This document shows positions 57,640 to 64,000 of a stretch of 64,000 nt of DNA, piece after piece. Source of the stretch: a virus (lineage: Duplodnaviria; Caudoviricetes); the IMG/VR virus record IMGVR_UViG_3300028888_000002. One strand, 5' to 3'. The translations under genes and the position numbers were made by a program. The notes below the pieces were generated by a model. That model had not been told where the DNA came from. It ran no database searches and saw nothing but the letters and a program-made list of their open reading frames with translations. Every line of letters starts with the position of its first letter. The stretch's first letter is position 1.

Positions 57640-57975
57640 ATGAAACTATTTTACAGTATGACTAGAGGTCCCTTTCTTATGGTATCTTCTTTTGTTGCAA
57701 AAAGTAATAACGAAGACGTTGCTCTTAAAGAGTTATTAGACGCAGTTCCCAAGATGCCCAAAGTGGAATGCACAGATAACTGTATTCACCGTGTCGTTGC
57801 ACATAGCAACAACAATGACGAAAAACCTAGCGATGCCGAATTAAAATGGCTTATGGTCGTTTCTCCACGTTGGGATGTTGAATGGGTTGATACCGCAATT
57901 TATTATCACTTATACGGGCGTGTCCGTAGGATTAAAACTAGCGAGGGTCTGTATGAATGGAAATTAGGCGACTAG
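57640..57975 (+). CDS. Hypothetical protein, AT-richer than its neighbours
   Basis: AAGGA RBS before ATG 57640. Confidence 0.65.
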   Translation: MKLFYSMTRGPFLMVSSFVAKSNNEDVALKELLDAVPKMPKVECTDNCIHRVVAHSNNNDEKPSDAELKWLMVVSPRWDVEWVDTAIYYHLYGRVRRIKTSEGLYEWKLGD

Positions 57976-58063
57976 AGCCTATGCTTTAACAATCACAGAA
58001 TCTACTAAATCAAGGAAACAAATTACCTATGACCGACACAGCCAAACGCTAGAGGAACCCCCT

Positions 58064-58309
58064 ATGTCACCCGAAACCGCAATCCCCTTAATCGCTATCG
58101 TCTGCGTAATCCTGGCGTTCGCCCTATACAGCCGTGAGCTGCACAGGCAAATCGCCCGCCAAAAATACATACGCTGCATTTACAGGTTCAAGGTCTATGC
58201 ACTGCTCACGTCCCTGCGTGACGACGTGTATTCAAAGACCTACTCCCGCTATTGCAGGCGTATGGAAAAATGGCTCTCGCTCGCCAAACAATACCGCTCC
58301 AAAATGTAA
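58064..58309 (+). CDS. Small membrane protein
   Basis: N-terminal TM. Confidence 0.65.
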   Translation: MSPETAIPLIAIVCVILAFALYSRELHRQIARQKYIRCIYRFKVYALLTSLRDDVYSKTYSRYCRRMEKWLSLAKQYRSKM

Positions 58310-58368
58310 CCGAAAGGGCGTTTCCGTCCCGCAACCCCTAACACCCGTAAAAATTTTATGAATACCTG

Positions 58369-58397
58369 TTGACAATACGCAGGTATTTTCTTATATT
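58369..58397 (+). promoter_or_regulatory. Early promoter P11
   Basis: TTGACA-17-TATATT; AATACCTG/CAGGTATT inverted repeat. Confidence 0.85.
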
Positions 58398-58434
58398 ATG
58401 CCCAGGAACACAGCCACAGCCGAGGAAACACCCT

Positions 58435-58635
58435 ATGAAAACACCGTATTGGCAAATTACCGTTGACACCCCACGCTACGGACACTCTAACAGCGTCCTT
58501 GAACACGACCCCGACAAGGCGAAGGCTGCTTTCTTTGAGCAGGCGAAGTCCCTAATCGCAGGACAGACCGCCTACCTATACAGTGTGGACGAATGCGGTT
58601 TCGTCCGTCCCGAATACACCGTCACCCGAAAATAA
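58435..58635 (+). CDS. Small hypothetical protein
   Basis: CCGAGGA RBS. Confidence 0.68.
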   Translation: MKTPYWQITVDTPRYGHSNSVLEHDPDKAKAAFFEQAKSLIAGQTAYLYSVDECGFVRPEYTVTRK

Positions 58636-58687
58636 CCTATATTTACTACCGTATATTCCCCAACTATTTCCAAAGAGGAAACACCCT

Positions 58688-59074
58688 ATGCCCTACAAAT
58701 TCAAAATCAAGACCCACGAAGCCCGATACAACAGCGATGCCGACCTGTTTGACCAACTCTACGCCCAAAGCCAGGAACTCCGCAAATGGCGTAAAGGCGA
58801 ACTCCCGTTCAAGAAAGCCACGGGTGCCATTATCAAGGCTCTCTCACGTCGCATCGGTCCCCGAACCGCACACACCGCTTTCAAGAGCCGTGGCGTGAAA
58901 GACAGCTACGACTACCTTATGGCTAACTGTATGGCTGAATACGCTGCCGTCGCCTGCCTGGACAAAGGCGAAGACTTCATCAAGTCTTTCCTGGACGACA
59001 AGTCCCAAACACTCCCGAACGACGTGTGGGACAAGGCTGCAAAGCAGTGGATTGACGACGCAAAGGACCTGTAA
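58688..59074 (+). CDS. Putative cargo protein, tag A
   Basis: MPYKFKIKTHE-A after GAGGA RBS. Confidence 0.75.
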   Translation: MPYKFKIKTHEARYNSDADLFDQLYAQSQELRKWRKGELPFKKATGAIIKALSRRIGPRTAHTAFKSRGVKDSYDYLMANCMAEYAAVACLDKGEDFIKSFLDDKSQTLPNDVWDKAAKQWIDDAKDL

Positions 59075-59103
59075 TACATTCAACACAAAAGGAACCCAAA
59101 CCT

Positions 59104-59565
59104 ATGTCTAGCAAACTCAAAATCAAACTCCACGAAGATAACGGGTCCTACACGCATAACGTCTTCACCATCTTTTCCGTGAGCGTGGACGTTCACCAGG
59201 CTTACCCCGACAAGGGCGAAAGTCCGAAGGCTTCCAACGGTCGCCACTTCAAGGAACTCGTTGACAAGCAATACGACAGCATTTCACAAGCCATTACTGC
59301 CGTGGATTCTACGCATATCTTCGCCCGCCCCGATTGGACCGCCACAGAATACCGCTTCGGCATTCTTCGCCTGGAAGCCGTAGTCCTCGTCGGGAAGCGT
59401 AACGAACCCGTCTATGGCGAAGACGTGGAAGCCTGGAAGCGTGGCGAAAAAACCCTGTGGAACGCCCATTACAAAGTGGGTATTCGCTGCGAACAGTCCA
59501 CGACGCTGCCCGATGCCGAACTCACGTCCGAACTTGACGATATGGCTATTGAACACAGCTTCTAA
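59104..59565 (+). CDS. Putative cargo protein, tag A
   Basis: MSSKLKIKLHE-D; body paralogous to 44715..45143. Confidence 0.75.
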   Translation: MSSKLKIKLHEDNGSYTHNVFTIFSVSVDVHQAYPDKGESPKASNGRHFKELVDKQYDSISQAITAVDSTHIFARPDWTATEYRFGILRLEAVVLVGKRNEPVYGEDVEAWKRGEKTLWNAHYKVGIRCEQSTTLPDAELTSELDDMAIEHSF

Positions 59566-59664
59566 TCCCCCATATACAGCAGTCATTACCCGAAGCCCCC
59601 GCCACAAGTCCAGGCAGGGGCTTCTGTCATACAACCCCCGAACAAAAAACTTTGCAGGCTGCTA

Positions 59665-59693
59665 TTGACAATTACTAGATAATTTGTTATATT
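59665..59693 (+). promoter_or_regulatory. Early promoter P12
   Basis: TTGACA-17-TATATT. Confidence 0.82.
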
Positions 59694-59731
59694 ACAGGTA
59701 TCAACCACCCCATAAACCGAGGATATACCCT

Positions 59732-60031
59732 ATGAAACAAAACCCCGTTGACACCCGCATTCTGCACGAAAAGGCACTGAAAACCGCTAGTGCCCTCAAA
59801 TACGTCGTAGTCCCCCTGGCGGGCAACACCCCACGCCCCGCCACTTTCATTCAACCCACCGACGACGCTGCCGACATAGCATTCGGACCCACACCCTGCG
59901 TCTATACCCTGCCGACCGCCTGCGAACTCGTCCGAAACTTGAAAGCGTCTAGGGGGTTGAACTGCTCTTACATTACGGAAGTGCAGTTCCACGAACTCGC
60001 CTTGAAATCCCTCGCCACATACACGGAGTAA
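59732..60031 (+). CDS. Hypothetical protein
   Basis: CCGAGGA RBS before ATG 59732. Confidence 0.68.
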   Translation: MKQNPVDTRILHEKALKTASALKYVVVPLAGNTPRPATFIQPTDDAADIAFGPTPCVYTLPTACELVRNLKASRGLNCSYITEVQFHELALKSLATYTE

Positions 60032-60038
60032 ACCTAAA

Positions 60039-60269
60039 ATGACACAATCCACGCTCCCCGCCACTTTCCGAACACAGACAATCACCCTTATCCCCATAGA
60101 ATACTTCCACGTCCGCTGCGACGGGCGTTACCTCGTCCTGTTCAACGGCTACATACACGAAGCCCGTTACACCCATTCCGAAACAGCGTTCCGTCTGCTC
60201 AAGGACCCCGACAGCCCTATACCGCCCTACAAGATTACAGCCTACGCTTTCCTGGGAACAGACACCTAA
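60039..60269 (+). CDS. Hypothetical protein
   Basis: GGAG RBS. Confidence 0.62.
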   Translation: MTQSTLPATFRTQTITLIPIEYFHVRCDGRYLVLFNGYIHEARYTHSETAFRLLKDPDSPIPPYKITAYAFLGTDT

Positions 60270-60960
60270 TCGCCCCGCCACGCCCCCAGGAACAGGCTCA
60301 CAGGCTCACAACAGCCCCCTAGCCTATCAATCCTACCAGGTAACAGATTACCTGCCCACAAGCCCCGCCACGAACACAGGCAGGGGCTTCGTCATACAAA
60401 CACACCGCAGGCACAAAACGCACGGACACAAAAACGCCACACAAACAAAAATCCCCAAAATCCCATAAACCTACAACAACACCAATACAGGCAACACACG
60501 TATAGCCGATACCAATACACACCTATACGCTCTATACCATATACGTGCCACTCACGCATTAGCCCGCACATTCCCCCTATATCACCTATACACACCTGCG
60601 TAACTCCCTATATGTCCCTGGCTCACTGTTCCCTGGCTCCACATTCTACCCTAGCTGCTCGCCTGTGCCCCTACACGGAAGCCCGTCCGCTACCCCTGGT
60701 CCGTCACCTTTCTATGACAACTGTCACCCTTTTACGACACGCCCCCTGGCTCTTATACGGCTCTTACGGACCCGCTTACAGTCACGATACACGCCCGCAG
60801 GAAGGCTCATAGCCCCCGCTTACAGAGGGGCGGGTGGGGCAATTATGTCAATTAGTAGAACTATATCAATTATATCAATTAGCATAATCCAAAAGAATAA
60901 TCTATATTGTTGGCGTAAGGTAAAGTGTTATATAGACCTAAAAACCCCCGCCCCCGAAGC
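60270..60960. other. Non-coding, G-poor tract ending in an AT-rich core (candidate origin or genome-end region)
   Basis: No credible ORF; C/A-rich + strand; TCAATTA x3 at about 60848-60881; G-rich and C-rich flanks. Confidence 0.45.
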
Positions 60961-61062
60961 CCTGCTGTCGGAGCGGACAAGTTAAGCACCCCTGTTCGGG
61001 TGAGTCCATACAACTTAACGTGTATGGCATAGGACCCGTGCATACAAATGAACTGACAAGAT

Positions 61063-61371
61063 ATGACAAATCAAATTAGCACCACTGACCTGCTCGCACT
61101 CGCACTTGTGCGTAGCGGGCTGCACACGCTCCCGCTAGAAAGCATACACCGCTACGGCTTACGGCTTGTCACGAAGTTGGGACAGGACACGGGCGAACGT
61201 TGGACGCTTCTGTGGGGACGAAGATACCTGGAAGCCGTGACCGCCCTGTTCGTGCAGGTGGACGACGAAGTAGCCGAACTGCAAGTGGACACGGATTCCC
61301 TGGGCAAAGCGTTGGACGGGATAGACGGAAAGGTGATTAGTGCAGCGGAGGAATTGGAATGGGTGGAATGA
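61063..61371 (+). CDS. Hypothetical protein
   Basis: 102-aa ORF with plausible composition. Confidence 0.6.
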   Translation: MTNQISTTDLLALALVRSGLHTLPLESIHRYGLRLVTKLGQDTGERWTLLWGRRYLEAVTALFVQVDDEVAELQVDTDSLGKALDGIDGKVISAAEELEWVE

Positions 61372-61544
61372 TTACGATAGCGTTCGTGGCTGCTTTCCTA
61401 TATGCGGGGAAGCGACTTTTCAGCGTCAAGGATTGGGGCGAGCAGCCCAGGACCCGCACACGCATAAACGGTGTGGACGTTGGGGCGTATAGGCGTTTCC
61501 ACGAACGCCACTGCGGACCTGCGACGAACGTCCCGATGGATTAG
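61368..61544 (+). CDS. Small membrane protein
   Basis: ATGA overlap; N-terminal hydrophobic stretch. Confidence 0.55.
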   Translation: MITIAFVAAFLYAGKRLFSVKDWGEQPRTRTRINGVDVGAYRRFHERHCGPATNVPMD

Positions 61545-61697
61545 CCTATCTGCGAGAGTAGAAAAGGTTCCTGGTGCCGTCTGTAATCGCAGGCGACACT
61601 TGCATCGCCCGCATTTCTTTGCGGGACTGACTTGCTACGGCAAGCCTGGGCACCCCTGCTAGTGGGGGTGCCCGAATTGTATGCGTGGAGCCAGGGG
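61545..61697 (+). ncRNA. Candidate multibranched structured RNA
   Basis: Closing stem 61569-79/61687-97; UACG and GAGA tetraloops; G.U pairs work only on the + strand. Confidence 0.45.
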
Positions 61698-61700
61698 ACG

Positions 61701-61726
61701 AAAAAACCGACCGAGGGTTCGGTCGG
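61701..61726 (-). terminator. Rho-independent terminator (minus strand)
   Basis: CCGACCGA-accc-TCGGTCGG followed by TTTTTT on the - strand. Confidence 0.7.
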
Positions 61727-61852
61727 GAAGCGTGGTGAAATAGCTATCTTTTACGAAGTAAAAGATAGCTATTTCACCCTCCCCTGGCAAGGGGTCCCTT
61801 TGTTACTTTTTTCTTACATTTCTTATCGTAGCTTCGCAGCTACAATAAGAAA

Positions 61853-62072
61853 GGCACCCCAGGACTTATGGCGAATCCTGGGGTGCCCCTGGGCGAACGT
61901 GATTAGCTACTCACGACCGCCCGTGTGTTTGAACGCATCGCTGCGTCCCTGCTCTACACCGCCACTTGTGTGACAGCGGACCCGCCCTACGCTGCGGAAG
62001 GCTATTTCAGCGTCACCGCATTCCTGCGGGAGTGGCTCGCCTAGTTTACGTTTATGCCGTCGCATACCGTCA
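61853..62072 (-). ncRNA. Candidate structured ncRNA with its own early-type promoter
   Basis: Promoter 62079-62107; closing stem 62035-44/61889-98; GGAA and GCGA tetraloop hairpins; 12-bp hairpin 61853-61887. Confidence 0.55.
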
Positions 62073-62078
62073 GCACCA

Positions 62079-62107
62079 ATAGTAACAAATTACCTGGCTC
62101 CCGTCAA
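62079..62107 (-). promoter_or_regulatory. Early-type promoter (minus strand)
   Basis: TTGACG-ggagccaggtaatttgt-TACTAT; same spacer motif as P1-P12. Confidence 0.72.
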
Positions 62108-62390
62108 GGCGAAAGCGGGTCCGTGTTCTCAAATTCTAACTTGTATGCACTAATCACGCTTTGTCGGTAATTTCTTACTTTGTATAGGTATCTTGTTATA
62201 TAGAACCAAAAGGGTCGTTTTTCGCCTATAGCGGGAAACGCAAATTCGCAATCGCTCCCCGATTTGTTAGCTTGTCCGTGTTCTCAAAAAATACGCCCCG
62301 CATACGGAAAGCCCCGCAGGACCAATCCCACGGGGCTTGTAAGAAGGAGAAAATAGGGCGGGGCAAACGACCGCCCGCTATCCAATATAG

Positions 62391-62594
62391 CTAAAATCCC
62401 CACGCCCAACGGGTCCACACTATACCGAACCAACCCGTATAGAGTATCACTCCGAGCATAGAGAAGAACCACAGCAGCTTTACCAGGCACCCGCATTCCA
62501 GGGTCCTGTCGCCCACGCTGTCTAGCCAAAAGCCGAACACTATCACGGCAGCAGCCAATATACGGTATTCCAGGGCGGGGCAACCGTCCCACAT
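62391..62594 (-). CDS. Small membrane protein
   Basis: GGAGG RBS; two hydrophobic helices. Confidence 0.55.
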   Translation of the reverse strand: MWDGCPALEYRILAAAVIVFGFWLDSVGDRTLECGCLVKLLWFFSMLGVILYTGWFGIVWTRWAWGF

Positions 62595-62595
62595 A

Positions 62596-62784
62596 CTAGC
62601 ACCCTCCCCCACACCACTGCGACAGGAACCATACGAAATACCCTGCACCTGCGAGCATCACGCAGGCATACAGGGCGAACCACCACCCGCCCTTGTCCAT
62701 AACCTTTTGGTCGTAGCCCGTCCTGGACAGCCAAAAGAGCATAGGAACGTCCATACAGAACAACACAAGCTGCCATTCTTCCAT
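62596..62784 (-). CDS. Small membrane protein
   Basis: AGGAGG RBS; two hydrophobic helices. Confidence 0.6.
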   Translation of the reverse strand: MEEWQLVLFCMDVPMLFWLSRTGYDQKVMDKGGWWFALYACVMLAGAGYFVWFLSQWCGGGC

Positions 62785-62785
62785 A

Positions 62786-62938
62786 TCAAGCCTCCTTTCG
62801 CTTGTCGTTCTCACGCTTCCCAGGGAATGCGTCTAGCCCGTAGTGGAACTTGTAATAAAGGTCCATTCCGCACTTCGGGCACACGCAGTCGTAGCTGTGC
62901 AGGTCTTTGTAGTCGCACTTCTCATTTAGACACTTCAT
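62786..62938 (-). CDS. Small Zn-ribbon protein
   Basis: MKCLNEKC..CPKCG. Confidence 0.55.
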   Translation of the reverse strand: MKCLNEKCDYKDLHSYDCVCPKCGMDLYYKFHYGLDAFPGKRENDKRKEA

Positions 62939-63128
62939 TGTCGCCCCCACGCTTACGCAGTATTCGGCAAAGCATTTCGTTGTCGCCCCGCAGTCTGTCG
63001 TTCTCACGTTCCAGGTCCCGCAGCTTCCAACGGTAGTTCCTGTAGGCATACAGGTAGCCCAGGGCGAACAGCAGGATTACGGAGCAGCCATATTGCCAAT
63101 TATCAAAAAGCAGGTCCCACAGCGTCAT
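62922..63128 (-). CDS. TM plus coiled-coil small protein
   Basis: AGGAGG RBS. Confidence 0.62.
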   Translation of the reverse strand: MTLWDLLFDNWQYGCSVILLFALGYLYAYRNYRWKLRDLERENDRLRGDNEMLCRILRKRGGDNEVSK

Positions 63129-63373
63129 TCGGCAGCTACCTCCTTGACTAGCTCAAAACGGTATTCCTGGTCCGCATTCGGGTATTTCGCCCTGTCAACT
63201 TTGGAAGCGAACATATCGTAGGGACGCACGTAAAATTCGTGGTCCCCGTAGCACTGCTTATACACCACCAGGCGTTCCCCCGTTTCGGAGTGCGTGGCGA
63301 TGCACAGGACGAAGTATAGCTTCCCCTTGAAGTGTCGGTAGTATCGGTTTGTCAGTATCGTTCTTTCGGGCAT
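63125..63373 (-). CDS. DUF1653-family protein
   Basis: YRHFKGKLY.V..IATHSETGE.LVVY..YVRPYDMF.SKVD..KYP..Q.YRFE. Confidence 0.88.
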   Translation of the reverse strand: MPERTILTNRYYRHFKGKLYFVLCIATHSETGERLVVYKQCYGDHEFYVRPYDMFASKVDRAKYPNADQEYRFELVKEVAAE

Positions 63374-63549
63374 AGTTCCTCCAGGCTTACAGGTTCAAAT
63401 TTCATTACGGGTTTCTCTAATCCGAACGCACGGGCGAGCAGGTCAGCCATCACCAGGCTTGTCTTACCCACTAGCGGATAGCCACTTTCGGGCGGGGGCG
63501 TGTTCGGAGCGTAGCGAACAGGCGTTTTTCGGGTGTCAATCTTTGTCAT
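63352..63549 (-). CDS. Small hypothetical protein
   Basis: AGGA RBS. Confidence 0.55.
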   Translation of the reverse strand: MTKIDTRKTPVRYAPNTPPPESGYPLVGKTSLVMADLLARAFGLEKPVMKFEPVSLEELCPKERY

Positions 63550-63750
63550 ATTCCTGGTAATTCCTTATATTCATAGTTTGTGTGTAAAATCGGTAGGTAG
63601 AGTTTTTAATTTGTATGCAAGGGCAGGCGGGGCGGGGGGCGTTGTTCGCCTGCCATAAATATAACAAAATATCTAATACAATACCACGCCCCCCGTTAGA
63701 AAAATCCGCAGCGTATCGGAAGTGGATATAACACTTTACCTGGTGCAGTG

Positions 63751-63999
63751 CTACTTGAACCCGCAGATACGTTTTATAAGGGACTTGCAGTCGTCTGTGC
63801 AGGCGTAGTAGCAGCAACCCCCTACCAGGTTGGGATTAGAGCCGTGGTTTTCCATAAGCCCCTTTGTGACAAGCCCCTCGCATACCACGCCATCGTTTGA
63901 CGTGGGTTGGGTGCAGAAGTGGTTACGGAAGGCGACCTTTCCGTAATCGTAGCCTAGCGTATGTTTGATAATGTCAATTTCGGCTAGGGATAGTTGAAT
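63751..63999 (-). CDS. 3' part of a gene starting beyond the window
   Basis: IQLSLAEIDIIKHTLGYDYGKVAFRNHFC...LVTKGLM...RICGFK, stop at 63751-63753. Confidence 0.6.
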   Translation of the reverse strand: MQLSLAEIDIIKHTLGYDYGKVAFRNHFCTQPTSNDGVVCEGLVTKGLMENHGSNPNLVGGCCYYACTDDCKSLIKRICGFK

Positions 64000-64000
64000 G

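Noticed and set aside
60319-60985. Short ORFs in the skewed non-coding tract
   Set aside because: Low-complexity products of the C/A skew; no RBS
61572-62077. tmRNA-like ends (minus strand GGUGCUGACGG... and ...CGGCACCA could form a 7-bp acceptor stem)
   Set aside because: No G3.U70 pair, no canonical T-loop, no CCA, no tag peptide seen; a terminator lies between the ends and the distal part folds better on the opposite strand
1-64000. Host assignment and alternative genetic code
   Set aside because: No direct host marker can be read without a search (the IS is the best query); genes tile densely under code 11 with all three stops used, so no recoding is indicated
1-64000. tRNA/rRNA genes, integrase, prohead protease, portal, terminase
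   Set aside because: None recognised in this window; the protease required by the cargo model must lie elsewhere and remains unverified

Overview
A 64-kb segment of a large tailed phage with a T4-like head (gp23-type major capsid protein) and a contractile tail. Layout: (i) 0.1-15 kb head region, where the scaffold and capsid genes sit among acidic proteins of unknown function; (ii) 15-23.5 kb tail sheath, tube, hub/chaperone, tape measure and baseplate genes; (iii) 23.5-60.3 kb about 80 small accessory genes behind 12 near-identical + strand sigma70-type promoters, including CoaE, an acyl carrier protein, LemA, DUF488 and SLOG/DUF2493; (iv) 60.3-62.2 kb a mostly non-coding junction with an AT-rich core and two convergent candidate structured RNAs; (v) a - strand gene block. 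One IS1595-family element (ISPna2-like) with a passenger gene interrupts a head-region gene. The best candidate for an undescribed system is a modular capsid-cargo scheme. At least 12 otherwise unrelated proteins carry one of two short tags (K-[LFM]-K-I-K-x-H-E or C-S-M-Q-K-K-K-E-S). Several are beads-on-a-string polyproteins whose domains are joined by E-S-K-K-S-E linkers resembling Glu-specific prohead-protease sites. One domain family occurs both untagged among early genes and tagged. Other notable signals: apparent avoidance of eight 4-bp palindromes and of CCAG unless it is CCAGG, an inverted repeat around the -35 box of the early promoters, and a prfB-type CUU-UGA-C +1 frameshift site at the tail-chaperone position. 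All family calls are by-eye motif recognition; no searches were run.
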